Assembly: GCA_964016885.1 (NCBI GenBank)
Contig: OZ024744.1
Span: 76,136,001 to 76,200,000, forward strand
Reading direction: 5' to 3'
DNA length: 64,000 nt
DNA from: Eledone cirrhosa
Taxonomy: Eukaryota
Part shown: positions 13,490 through 26,842 of the stretch, piece by piece
Layout: each line of letters starts with the position of its first letter
Numbering within the stretch: position 1 is the first letter of the stretch
Program-made: the position numbers and the translations under genes
The notes under the pieces: model-generated
Told to the model about the DNA's origin: nothing
Databases searched by the model: none
Seen by the model: the letters and a program-made list of their open reading frames with translations, nothing else

Positions 13490-14080
13490 AATTAACGGTG
13501 CTGCGATCGAATGTGGCTTTTTAGCCCAGCCAATGATCTAAAATGTCTTCCACAGAGTTGGCAACCAAAACATTCACTAGCCGTAGCCGGCTGTGGTTGG
13601 AGTTCATGTTCTTTTGATCTACACTCTCTACCACATGCTTGGCAAGCATGATGAGTAGCATCTCCAACACCAGCCTGGTAGTCAACCACTGGTGTCATTT
13701 TATGACTGCGAAGATGACTTTCGGGTCCAGATTTGCTGAGGCAGGGTCTCGCTCAGACGCTGCATGTCAGCGCCATAAGAGGACCTTCGCTGTCTAGAAA
13801 TGCAACAGCAATGCCCTTCCTCACATCCCTTTTTACTTTCTCGTATGCGATTCGAGATGCCTCAAAGGCAACTTTCACCTCATGTACAGTCTTTCTCTAT
13901 TTATTACGATCAGCCACTAGGTTTTCCCATGTATCAGCAGAGCTGTTAGCGTCTTTCAGAGAGGCTTTCAACGAATCCTTATACCTCTTTTTTCGTTTAT
14001 GTGGGGGTCGTTTTCCTTTAACTAACTCTTCATTAAAGAGTTGTTTTTGGTATTATAGAATCCTTCATCTTGTCAAGGGG
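13490..14080 (-). mobile_element. RTE-clade LINE 3' end with C2H2-like fingers
   Basis: PKQLFNEEL..GKRPPHKRKKRYKDSLK..WENLVADRNK..; [22 protein letters not shown]. Confidence 0.8.
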
Positions 14081-14087
14081 ACCACTC

Positions 14088-16355
14088 CACATACATACAT
14101 ACATTCATACAAAGAGTACTAGTGGAATGTTCCAGTAACCCCCCCCCCCCAAAAAAAAAAAAGAAAGCAGGCTTAACAGACTAGGTATAATGATATGGGA
14201 CAGGGAAAAGAAGGCATGCACAGTAGTGGAAGTTAACTGCCCAGCAGATGCCAATATAATATTAAAGATTAGCGAAAAGGAGAATATTTATGCAGAACTG
14301 ATGAGAAATCTGCAGATACTCAACCAGATTTATGCTTGTGATTGTTGGGGCACTGGGATATGTTAGTAACTGCCTCAATACAAATCTTGAGAAGCTGGCC
14401 TTCACTGGAACAGGCATGATATAGTGGCCAAAACACTGTACAGTGCAGTTCGTAAAAACGTTAGCCCCGATAATAAACACATTAAAAGCTACAACAATGT
14501 GGAAGACATCCATGTACATAATATGAAAGAGTACTGGTGAAATGTTCCAGTAAAAACCCCAATAAAATGCCAGCATAAAATACCAGATATTATGATATGG
14601 CACAGGGAGAAGAAAGTATGCACAGTAGTGGAAGTTAGCTGCCCAGCAGATGCCAATATAATATCAAAGATTTGCGAAAAGGAGAATATTTATGCAGAAC
14701 TGATGATAAATCTGCAGATACTCTACCCTGATTACACCTTCAGATTTATACTTATGATTATTGGGGCACTTGGGTATGTTAGTAACTGCGTCAATACAAA
14801 TCTTGAGAAGCTAGGCTTCACTGGAACAGATAGAATACAACTAGTTAGGAAATTACAAGTACAATCCATTAATGGAAGAGTAAAAATATGTAAATCATTC
14901 CAAGGATTTTGCATCTAATAACTGCATATACACATGTACAGATACAAAGCATATACACATGCACACATACAACTCAAAACATCCACATCCACACATACAA
15001 TAACATCCATATCTACACATGCAGGCATGCATATATAATCTACCTAGTCGATGTTGTGTAAATTCCAATGAGAGAGTCTTGTGTCTATGTTAGAAACCGA
15101 CTCTCTCTCTATTGGGAAAAAAATTTGGAAATTATAAAACCCGAAGAACATACATACATACATACATACATACAGAAAAGTTGTGCATGGATACTTGAGA
15201 CGTAAAACACAGACCATAGAGGGAATAAACCACTCAAAAAGCCTGGCATGGAGTTCCGACAAGTTTATGACATCACAGCTTGACGGATATCTCTATGCAA
15301 TACAGGACTAAGAACTCCCTACCAAATATCTGCTGCACAAAAGGGGAGGGCCAGCAGCTGACAATAAATGCAGGCTATGTAAAACAAAGATCGATGATGT
15401 AAGCCACATTGTTGCCAGCTGCGAAAGAATGTCATCTCGCTACTACCTCCCCATGAGACACGATGGGATAGCTAGAACCATCTGGAACGCACTTCGGAAA
15501 ACAAAATTAAAAACAAACGAGGAAGAATATATTGAAACAGATGGCACTAAGGAATACTGGTGGACCCTGAAAATAAAAACTGCCACCGGCCTGATATTGT
15601 TGTTTGGGACCACACATTGAAAACGTGTTCTGTTGTGGAGGTCAGCTGCCCACTTGATATAAACGTTGTCAGAAAAATACATGAGAAGGAGGAAATCTAT
15701 GAACCATTGATGAGAAGTTTACAAATACAGTATCCAAGATACACCTTTAGCTTCATACCCATCATTATTGGAGCTACGGGTTATATACCAACTCGCTTGG
15801 ACCAATGTATAACTGAACTTTGATTTGCGGTCAAAGTGCGCAGCTCCCTAATTCATAGTCTACGATAGCTGGCACCTTCAAAATTTGCAAAACATTCTTG
15901 CGATTCAAGGGATGACAATTTCTTTTCTTTTACCACCTTGCCACCAGGAAGGTGGCCGGTCAAAAATATACTCGAAATTAAGAGAAAAAGGAACATAAAT
16001 ACATACATAAAAAACTGATATTATATCGGAGGTATCTTACTGACCTCTACCAACAAGTTCTTAAGGGATATACACTTATACCAGAATGGTTGACATTAGC
16101 ACAAACATTACTGGTCCACAAGAACAAAGACACCCACTTGGCAAAAAACTACCCACCCATTCCATGCCAGAACCTGATGTATAACATGTATACAGCCTGA
16201 ACTTATTCCTCCAAGATCACTGTGAAAATATTAATAATAACATCATCACAGATGAACAAGCAGCTGGAAAGAAAGAGGTTTGGGGATGTGCTGAACAACT
16301 CCTAATCAACAAAACTGCGATGTCGGAGGTGCGACAACTTAGGAGGAATATGGCA
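14088..16355 (+). mobile_element. Array of R4-like (RLE) fragments, mostly separated by (ACAT)n
   Basis: PDIMIW..VVEVSCP..IIGALG at ~14110-14460 and ~14525-14920; CRLC..HIVASC..RHD..RPDIVVW..VVEVSCP at ~15175-15915; RT N-terminus at ~16010-16355. Confidence 0.82.
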
Positions 16356-18180
16356 GATTGACTTTCAGGAAGAACACAATCTGCAATGAGTGTCAGCAGA
16401 CGGGCCAGAAGCACCCTACATAAAACTTTCCCTACGACAGAAATCAATGATATACCTCTGTAGTTCCCACAATCATTCCTGTTACCCTTTCCCTTGTACA
16501 AGACCACCATTACTGCATCTCTCCAGTCCTCAGGTAAGGATTCATTAGCCCATATCCTGCCAAACAAAGAATGAAGATGTTGCAGGAGTCTCTCACCACC
16601 ATATTGTAGGAGCTCAGCATGTATGCCATCCATACCTGGAGACCTTCCACTGTTCAGCTTCGAGATAGCCACTGCAACCTCCACAAGCGTCGGAGGTTCT
16701 GCGAGAGCTACTTTCACAGGACTTTCTGGAATGAGATTGAGGAAATGTTCATTGACGACAGACTGCTGATTTAAAACATCATCAAAGTGCTCTCGCCACC
16801 TTCGTAGAATTCCTTGTGAGTCAAGAAGTTCTTTGCCATCCTTGCTGCGAAGCGGTGTCACCAGAGGAGAAGACGATCGATAAACTTCACGCAAGAGACT
16901 GTGCAACAGCTTTGTCTTATTGGAATCTGACGCAGTGTGTATCTCATCAGCCTTCTCACTCCACCACTGATCCTTGATCTGAGAAAAACTCTGCCTAACA
17001 CGTAATTTCACATCCTTGAGTTTCTTATGCAACGTATTCTTCTCCTGTGGTTTTGCCGTCAAGTAGCGTGACAGAGCACGCCTCTTATCAGCCAACAAGT
17101 CTTCTATATGTACATCATTCTCATTAAACCAGTCCTGATGTTTTCTCTGCACCAATCCCAGAACACGCCTTCCTACATCATAAACCGACTTTTTAAGGGT
17201 CGGCCAATCCTCACCAAGATCTGCAACCTGCATCTCTTCTCGCAATGTCCTCTTCACATTTTTATCCTTAAAACGAGCAGCATGCAATCTTCTGGGCAGG
17301 GCAACACCAGGAGCCCGGATTTTACGTTTAGTGATTGGTTTCACTTTTGCGCGTACCAGGCGGTGGTCCGTCCAGCACTCAGCTCCACGAAGAGCACGAA
17401 CACACTGCACATCCTGTCTGTCACGCATCCTGACTAGGACGTAGTCCAAAAGATGCCATTCCTTAGATGCAAGATGCATCCATGTGGTCTTGAATTTGTT
17501 CTTTTGTTGGAACATGGTGTTGGTAACACTCAGATCCAGCTCCTCACACATCTGCAGCAGGAGCATACCATTGTTGTTACATTTTCCCACCCCATGCCAT
17601 CCGATTACATTCCATGTGTTAAAATCCCTACCCACTCTAGCATTAAAGTCAACAAGCACGATGACTTTGTATGCCTGAGAGATATTTCTTAAAACACCTT
17701 TCAAGGCATGGTAAAAGGACACTTTTTCTTCATCGACATAATTCATAGTTGGAACATACACACTCACCAGGGTCGCATATCTTCCTTTGTCCAGCGGAAT
17801 TCTCAAGGACACAAGACGCTCACTTATCCCCACTGGGAATTCTTCTAATTTATTCACAAGAACAGACTTAACAGCAAATGCTACCCCAGCCTCTCTTCTG
17901 GTTCCTTCATTACTTCCTTTCCAGAAGAATGTATATTCTCCACAAAATTCTGTAAGATGACCATCTCCAGCAAACCTCGTCTCAAATAAAGCCACGATGT
18001 GAAGATCGTAACGTCGAAGCTCCTTTGCAACAAGAGCGGTCCTTTGTTCAGGACGCTCCAAGGAATCCCTGTCAAGCAGCGTCCGTACGTTCCAGCAGCC
18101 AAGACTAAATGCCTTGTTTGGCTCTATTACAGTGGCACAATGATGAGCAGGCCGAGGCTGTGATAACCTTGGGCCCCTGC
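16355..18180 (-). mobile_element. RTE-clade LINE 5' part (APE plus start of RT), open frame
   Basis: ORF 16217-18256: WNVRTL, ALFETRF, DFNARVG, LDYVL, TDHRLV, SPGMDGI, NYRGISLIS, LPESQ; RT core missing. Confidence 0.9.
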
Positions 18181-18276
18181 CCTTATTGCCAATTAACTTT
18201 TTTGTTCCAGAACCTTTATTGCCAATTATCTCTTTTATATTGTTTTGAAACATCATTGAATTTTGAAAAAAAAAGT

Positions 18277-18291
18277 AATAATAATAGTCAA

Positions 18292-18324
<33 letters not shown>
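18277..18324. repeat. (AAT)n at the 3' end of Tx1 copy B
   Basis: Directly visible. Confidence 0.95.
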
Positions 18325-18325
<1 letters not shown>

Positions 18326-18568
18326 TTTTCTTTATTAACCACAAGGGTTTACATAAAGTAGACATTAAGGACAGTACAGGACAATACAGGACGGTACAAA
18401 TGGGCATTTCTGGGTGTAAAAAAAACAGAGGTTGAAATAAAATAACAAAGAAAAATTCCCCAATAGGGGGGAGACTTCCGAGGGACATTTGTGGAGAAAG
18501 CCCATTAAAAGACCACAGTGGCCCTGACCACCAGGGCAAGTGCCCTCTCCCAGTTTTCCACCTTTAAT

Positions 18569-21500
18569 TTAGAGACACATACTCAGAGAAGGCCCATTCA
18601 TTCGGGTCATACTTGCTTCTCTCACCCATCTTTCAACAAAATGTTGGGAAGAGAGCACTTCCCTCTCTACCCTGATTTTCCTTTTCAAATGAAATTTGAA
18701 AAAGTTAATCAGGGCATCACCGAAGAGGTAAGTGCTCGTCTTCAGCCCTTTCAAACGTGTCCACCATACTATCTCTTTCGCCATGGCCACCAGACAGATA
18801 AAAACTGCCTGCCCTTCCCGGCTAAAGGAAGAGGGCGGGGCAATCCTCACGATGGACTCAGCTGATAGCTGGATCCGTCCTACACGTGACAGCAGGTGTT
18901 CGACATAAACCCACAAGTCAGCAATGCTCGGACACTGGACGAGTGCGTGCAGGACGGTTTCGTCGCCCTGTGCGCATCTCGGACATGCCCGGCTGATGGC
19001 ACCTCCATGCCTGTAAAGTTTATCCCGAACTGGAAAAGCACCCCGGTAGCACTGCCAGGCCAGGGATTTCTGGAAGTTGTCCATAGGCCCCGGCCCGAAA
19101 GTCCTTCCGAAGAGATTGGCTAGTTGATTTTCGTCGACGCCTAGAGTTTCTCCAAGTACGTCGTCGCTCTTCCCCTCCACTAATCCCCTATAGAACGCCA
19201 AGGTGGAGTTTCCACCGATCACATTGCCCGATTGGTCGAGGGCTGTGAGCGCCTGAAGACATTCCAGTCTCCAAGCGCTCCCTCTCGGTCTTCGCTTGAC
19301 CCAGGACTGCAGCTCCGTCAAGGAGACGAGCTGGGGAAAAACGTGTCTAGCAAACGGCCACCACACCTGATCACCGTCGAGGAAGAGGTGGAGATGTCGT
19401 AGCCTGAGCGCGTGTCTGCGCATCATCAGCCATGGCATGCCCAGCCCTCCACGTAGCGGGTGTTGACAGCAGATGGACCGCCTGACCATCGGAGCGCGTC
19501 CCTTCCACAAGAAGCGAAAGAGCAAACGCTCCAGCGCAGTCAGGCGGGGCTTGGGACAAGGTACGACGGTCAGGCGGTAGTAGATGACGGACGCGATGTA
19601 CGCGTTAGCCACCTCCGCTCGACCTTTCAGGGATAGCTTCCTCTCGGCCCATTTCTGGGTGAGAGAAGCCACCCTGCTCGTCACCTCGTCCCAGTTTTTG
19701 TCCGTCTGGAGGTCTGGACCGAACCAGACCCCTAGCAATTTAACCGGTCCACTGACCAGCGCCCGACGACGCTGTTGGACGGCATGGACCTGCCTCTCCA
19801 GGGGCCGAGCTGCAGGCACACTGACTTTTCCTGGTTGATCATTGCTCCTGTCACCGCTTCGTATTCTCTTAGTGTAGTGCCGATCGCCTCGATGTGTTTG
19901 ACGTTCGACACCACTACGGTGACATCGTCGGCATATGCTGACACGGATCTTCCGCATCCTAGTTTGCACGGGACCCCCCTCAACGTCTCCAGTTTGTGCA
20001 GTAATGGCTCGAGAGTCAATACGTACAATAGGGACGAGAGGGGACATCCTTGGCGGACCGAGCGCATGATGTTGAACGGTTGCGAAAGGTGACCGTTCAC
20101 TCTCACTACAGAGCAGATGTCGCTGTGCGATCCAGCCTCTGAAGACGGGCCCAAAGCCAGCCGCCCTCAGGACTGCCGCTAGGTAACGATGGTCGACCCT
20201 ATCGAAGGCTCTCGACTGATTTAAATTGATCAAAGACCCACCAGTGCCAGGTTCCCTAGCTACCATCTCTACGATGTATCGCATGAAGTGGAGGTTGTCG
20301 TGAATGGATCTGTCGGGAATGGCGCATGTCTGTGCCTCTCCCACCAGACCACCAACGACAAGCGCCAACCTCTTTGCTAGCACCTTGGCCAAAATCTTGA
20401 ACTCTGTGTTTAGCAGAGTTATGGGCCTAAAATTATCTATGTTATCCCCCTTGTTCGGATCCTTTCTCAGCAGCGCCACCGCTCCTCATCACAGAGCTGG
20501 GAATTCTCCCGTTCTGTTGCCAGTTGCAGTAGACGTCCGCCAAGAGGCCTCCGAACAAGTTTGGCATTTGTACGTAAAGTTCATAGGGCAGACCATCTAA
20601 ACCAGGCGATTTACCCCTTGTGCAACTAGTCATTGCATCCCGTACTTCAGCGGTTGTTATCGGCTTTTCGCAACACTCCGCCTCAGTGGCCGAAAGCCGC
20701 GGCAGTCCGTCGAGGTAGACACTAAAGTCCATCCCTCGATCCGGCCCGCCACTGCCCCCGAACAGTTGAGCGAAGTGTCGCTGAAAAGCTTCACACGTTT
20801 GCCCGGGATCGAGTAGCATGCGCCCGTCGTGGTCCACCAAAGACCGGATCGTGGCTTTGTTGCCACGACGCGCCTCCGCCACTCGGGCCCATTGAACGGC
20901 TTTTGTCCCCTCGTGTTTGAGAGCACGCACCCTAGCTCTGACAACGCAGCCTTCGTGCTTTGCATTGAAGAATTGGTCAAGGGCCAATTTTGCCGCAAGT
21001 ACGTCGGTCGCGATGCCTTTGCTAAGCGCCTCATCTAATTTTCTAACTAATTCTCCCTCTGCTCTATTTTTCTCTATTGCTAAAGTCTTACTATACCTAA
21101 TGGACTCTATTCTAATTGCTCTTTTCAGAGCAAACCACCACTTGTTGTTGACGATGGCCCCCGTCAACGCCCGCTTAACTAGTTCGCTAATCCTGTCTCT
21201 GTAGGCCTTCCGCGCTGGTAAGGACGCGTTTAGCTTCCAGTAGCCGGGTCCTCGTCTATGAAGCCTATCTAAGTCAAGCACACAGATCACGAATTTGTGG
21301 TCCGTGTAGCTGACTATCTTGAATTGTGGACAGCCTATGCTAGACCAATCTATTTCCCTACAAAATACTCTATCTAGATATGATCTGGATGACCCTATAC
21401 GATTTGTCCAAGTCCACATTGGTACATTCGGGAAATCCATTCGGTACCTGTCAGACAGTTCAAAACGTCTGAGCAGGTTGGTGAGACTCTTGCACCCTCC

Positions 21501-21976
21501 TTCCCTATCCACTAATCCCACACAATCCCAGCGTGCATCTAAGATCCCGTTCCAGTCGCCCACTAACACTAAAGAGCGGGACGTTCCAAGAAAGGTCTCC
21601 AGACTCCGGAAGAAATTAGGCCGCCCTGCTCCTGTCGGGGCATAGACGGCCACTAACCTGAAAGCTTGCCCGTCTCCGCTGGTCACGTCCAGCATCACGA
21701 ACTTACCTTCTGGGTCCAGGAAGATGGCCCGTATGGCAAGATCCAAACCTCTCCGAAAAAGCACAGCAACTCCACCCCCGATCCCGGACGGCTGGGAGAT
21801 GCGTACACATCGTAGCCGCCGAAGATCGGTGCGAAAGCCTGTGCTTCGGAGATTCTGGTCTCGCTGATGGCCACTACATCTATGTTTAGTGACCTGAGGT
21901 CGTTGAGCAGGTGGCCCTGCTTCCACGACGACCCCAAGCCACGCGCATTTATGCTGCCTATTCTGAGTGAGGTCAT
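18569..21976 (-). pseudogene. Tx1 copy B ORF2 (APE-RT-CCHC), several frameshifts
   Basis: ORF pieces 21695-22057, 20442-22010, 18569-20479, 19732-20154; FRPITLLN, AFDRVDH, VRQGCPLS, YADD. Confidence 0.92.
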
Positions 21977-22010
21977 GTTGAAAAGGAGAGGAAAAGATGG
22001 GAAAGACCAC

Positions 22011-23996
22011 TTACCTTGCTTCTCGTAGGGGAAGGACGGTTTTTCCATCCTTTTCACTGCGTGTGGCCTCCTCAGGAAGGATGTCCTTATAAATCCTCAT
22101 GGAGAGTGCTTGTAGGAAGTCTCCGATGTCTTTGGGGAATTTTTGTTTTAGTGTCATGTACGTTTTCTGTGTGATGCGAGTGATTTGTATGTGTGGAGGT
22201 GGTGTGAATTTTGGGGTTGTTGTGTAGTCTTTTTCTGTGATGCTGGTGTTGTGTTGGATGTAGTGTAATAATTGCTTGTTGTTCAAATTTAATGCTGTGT
22301 AGTGTGTATCGTTTTGGTTGTTTTGTTTTGTCTGCGTTTGTTGTGGGTTTGTTTCTGTTTCGCATTTTAGTGACTTTTGTGGTGTAGGTGATGGTGGTGT
22401 TGGGGTTAATGATGGTGATGGTGTTGGTGTTTGGGTTGATGGGGTTGGTGATGCTGGTGTGGATGGTGGCATATCTGTCCTAAATTTTTTGTTTCTTAAT
22501 TTATTTGTTTCCCTCTGTATTTTGTTTTTGGAGGGGGAAGGAAGAGAATTTTTTCTTTTTTGGTTTCTTTTTTTTTTCCGGATATCGTTTCCCACTCCTC
22601 GTCGTCACAATCTGTCTCCAGTTGTGATAGGCCGGGGAGTGGAAAATCCTCCACAGCCGTTAGTTTTGGTTGTGGCGTGGTGGATGGTGTAGGCGCTTGT
22701 GCTAGTTCTGAAGCGTTGGGTGGTGGTGGTGTTGGTTTTGCTGGTGGTGGTGGTGGTGTTGGTTTTACTACTGTTGCTGGGGTTGTTGCTGTTATAGTTG
22801 CTTCTGTTGTTGCTGCTACAGTTGTTGCTGCCATCTCTGCTACTGGTGGTGTTGATGGTTGTGTCACTGGGGTGGGTAGGAGAGGTGGCCTCAACCTTTT
22901 AGCCAGAGGGCAGAAAGCCCTTAGGTGGGTTCCTTCACCACAAACGACACACCTAGGTCTTCTTCCCTCGACAATTACCGTGAGCTGGCTGCCGTCAGTG
23001 AGGTCTATTACCTCTGGGATCTCCTCAATGCCTTTTTGGTCCGCTTGGATCAGGAGCTCCATCCCAGATCCGGACCAGTTCTCCTGCTTTTCTTTTGCTA
23101 TTGCTATTATTTTCGTGTTGGCTTCGATTCCGGCGAGGACGGCCGCTATTTGCCAGGGAATTTCGATGGCCGGTGGAACGTGGGTCACCCTGATCTTTAC
23201 GAGTCTCTGGCCACAATAGCTTGGGACGAGTGTGAAGTCGTCTCTTCTTAATGGGGCCATGGAGTGTTCTCTAGCCTCCTCTGGTGTTTCAAAGAACACG
23301 TCCACGGTTCCATACTTTTGCCCACGTCTGATGTGGGTTTTTCTTGCCCACACATGTCCGAAAGCTTTTTGGATTTGGGACTCGGATGCCCGTTCCACTC
23401 GGCGCGATTTTACATTTATTGTTCTATACGACACGGTGCATAGGCACCGATGCTCCATTTTATTAGATGGGGGGGGTTTAAGGCTGACCCTGTACCCATC
23501 TTTCTTTACCATTTGTTTGGCATTTTCTAAATCCTCCTGAGTTACCGTAAATGCTTCGAACTATTTTGCTACTCTGGCGAAACTGAGGGGGGGGGGTTAT
23601 AATGTCATTGTTGTTGTTGTTGCTATCGTTAATATTAATTTTAGTTTCAGTTGTGGTTGTGGTGACGTCAGTCGTCTTTGGTGGGGAAGAGTCCATTTTG
23701 CTTGATTTCATTTCGACATCACGAGTTAATTTATTTTTTTCTTCTTTTGTTTCTGTTGTCGCGGTGGTGGTGGTGGTGGTTGTCGCGGTGGTGTTGGTGG
23801 TGGAGGCTATAACACCTGCAGTCATTGGTAATGGCGGGAAATGAATGTCTGCCTGAGGCAAATTTAAAATATTGCTAGTGCTTATATTTTTTTTTGTGTT
23901 GGCAAACGTAGTAACATTTACAATGGTGGTGTCGGTGTGAGGTGTTAATTTGTGAGGAAGGCTTTCAGCTGCTTCGTGCAGAGGTGAATTAGCCAT
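22011..23996 (-). pseudogene. Tx1 copy B ORF1, frameshifted
   Basis: ORF pieces 23478-24296, 22496-23512, 22011-22595; CVVCGEGTHLRAFC knuckle; breaks lie near homopolymer runs. Confidence 0.85.
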
Positions 23997-24203
23997 TTTT
24001 TTCAAATAAATTTTTTGATAATAATAAAAGTTTAAATTTTGGGCACAAGGCCCCAATCTTTTTGGGTGTCCTTTTCGGAAAACAATGTATGTGCGCTTAT
24101 AAACAGTTAACAATAAAATTTTCCATAAATGACAATTTTTAACAAACGGAAATAACAAACCTTTGCGGAGCTCACGATGATACGATTTACTACGTAGGTC
24201 GCC

Positions 24204-24235
<32 letters not shown>

Positions 24236-26775
24236 GTGCAAGAATTCTGGGAAAAGATCTGGGCCGAAGAAAAAGTTCATAACATACATGCCCCATGGAT
24301 AGACAGACAAATGAAAGATACAGTTCACCTTGAAGAACAAATATGGGAAAATATAACAGTTGAACAGTTGCGCTTGGCTCTAAGAAAAACCAGCAAATGG
24401 AAATCCCCAGGAAAAGACAAAATACAAAACTTTTGGATAAATGCCTTCACAGAGTCTCATGAGCTGTTAGCCCAACTTTACAATGAAGTAGTTAAGGAGC
24501 CAGAAAAGATACCATCATGGCTAGTTAACGGCATTACATTCCTGCTTCCGAAGAATGATGAGACAAACAATCCCAAAAATTACAGACCGATAACTTACTT
24601 GACCACAATGTATAAAATTTTAACATCAGTCCTAACTGAATATACATATGACCACCTGATAACAAATGACCTATTTCCCATTGAGCAGAAAGGGTGTAAA
24701 CGAGGCTCATATGGCTGTAAGGATCAGCTTTTGGTTAACAAAATGATACTGGAAGATTGTCATAATAGACACAAAAATCTATCGATTGCTTGGATAGATT
24801 ATAAAAAAGCATTCGATAGTTTGCCACACAGTTGGATTGAAAAATGTTTAGAGATTTTCAAAATATCCCCCGTTGTCAGGAGGTTTTTGTCATTCAGTAT
24901 GAAGACATGGAAAACGACACTCCTTTTGAATAGTGAAACAAAATCACTGGAAGCTGGAGAAGTTAATATTAATTGTGGAATTTTTCAGGGTGACTCTTTA
25001 TCACCGCTTTTATTCTGCATCGCACTTATGCCATTAAGTAAAATGCTCAATGAAACAAAACATGGATATAAAGTCTATGACAAAACCATTAATCACTTGT
25101 TCTTCATGGATGACCTGAAACTATTTGCAAAAAATGATGAACACTGTGGAGCAGTTCAGTGATGACATTAAAATGGAGTTTGGACTAGATAAATGCGCCA
25201 AAGCAACGTTCACCAGAGGAAAGCTGCTGAAGAGTTCAGACATTAATCTTGACCGGGGGAACGTGATAAGAGAACTTGATCAAGAAAAAACTTACAAATA
25301 TCTAGGTGTTTGTGAAGGAGACGGAATCAAGCAATCGACAATGAGGGAAAGGATAAGGAAGGAATGTTACCGCAGAGTAAGAGCAATCTTAAGAACGGAA
25401 TTGAATGCAAGGAATTGGATCGATGCCATAAACACGCTTGCCATACCAGTAGTAACCTACAGTTACAATGTTATCAACTGGTCAAGCACAGAGATCCGTA
25501 GGCTCGATACAAAAATTCGAAAATTCTTAACCATGCACAGAATGCATCACCCTAAGGCAGATAAAGATAGAATATATCTCCCTAGGAAAGAAGGAGGACG
25601 TGGGTTAATCCAGTTAGACATTGTGTTGAAAACTGCAACAATTGGATTATCTACATATCTAAGGGAATCACATGATTGGATGATCAAACTCGTTTTGAAA
25701 CACGAAAGCATCAAAGATCATATTCCATTACAAAAGATGCACAAAGATGCAGTAATGGACTACAAATTTCAGAAGTCCCATTTACTGCTGAAATGGAAAA
25801 CACAGAAAAAGCAAAGCAGGTAAAAGTAACTGCAAAGAAAGAACTGCTACAGAAACTGGCTAAGAAATGGCAAGAAAAGCCTCTGTATGGAAAATACCCA
25901 GAGCGAGCTAACAATCCTGATGTTGACAAAACTTTAATCCATCAGTGGTTGGCATCCTCTGGACTGAAATCGGAGACTGAAGGACTGATTATATCAGCAC
26001 AAGATCAGTGTCTGCCAACAAAAAATTACCAACCCAACATAATAAAAAATGGATGCAGCCCATTATGCCGTGTATGCAAAAAACAACCAGAGACCATTGA
26101 CCATATAATTTCAATGTGCAGTCCTATAGCTCCAACCGAATACCTAAACAGGCATGACAGAGCTGCACAATACATACATTGGATAATGTGTAAGGATTTT
26201 GACCTGCCCCATCAAAAGAATTGGTGGGAGCATCAACCACCTCCCATACTTGAAAAAGATCACATCTCAATCTTGTGGAACTTTAGCATCCAAACAGACC
26301 GAAAAATAGATGCAAATAGACCTGATATAATATTGAAGGACTTTAAAAAGAGGGTATGCCTGCTAATTGATATGTTTGTTCCAATAGACAGGAATGTATC
26401 TATAAAATCATTTGAAAAATTGAGCAAGTATAAGGACCTGGAGATAGAAATTGGAAAAATGTGGAAATTGAGAACTAAAACAATACCAGTGGTTGTAGGC
26501 GCTCTGGGAATGAAACCTAAGGGGTCTAATGATTACTTATCGCAAATCCCAGGAAACCCGCGTATAGGAGAAATACAAAAGATAGTACTATTGGGAACTG
26601 CCCATATACTAAGGAAGATTCTGTCAATATAAGTACATCACAAGTCTAAACACTAAAGATGCATGTGTGAGTATGTATGTTCTTTCTTGAACATGGCGGA
26701 CCTTGTTGTCTCTTGAGGTCACTGGTTGTGACTTGGTGATAACTCGTATGAACATAAAGCAAGATAAATGCAACT

Positions 26776-26776
<1 letters not shown>
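24236..26776 (+). mobile_element. R4/Dong-clade element copy 2, 5'-truncated, RT plus CCHC plus RLE
   Basis: WIDYKKAFDS, FMDDLKL, CRVC..ETIDHIISMC, RHD, RPDII..LID..KLSKYKDL; (AAT)n at 24204-24235 and 26777-26840. Confidence 0.95.

Positions 26777-26840
<64 letters not shown>

Positions 26841-26842
<2 letters not shown>

Larger units (their letters stand above)
18325..24203 (-). mobile_element. Full-length Tx1/L1-clade LINE copy B (~5.9 kb)
   Basis: ORF1 plus ORF2 (APE, RT with YADD, C-terminal CPRC..ETVLHALVQC); AATAAA near the 3' end; (AAT)n on both sides. Confidence 0.95.

Noticed and set aside
16217-16355. C-terminus of the 679-aa ORF as a novel domain
   Set aside because: Read-through into the antisense strand of an R4-like RT fragment
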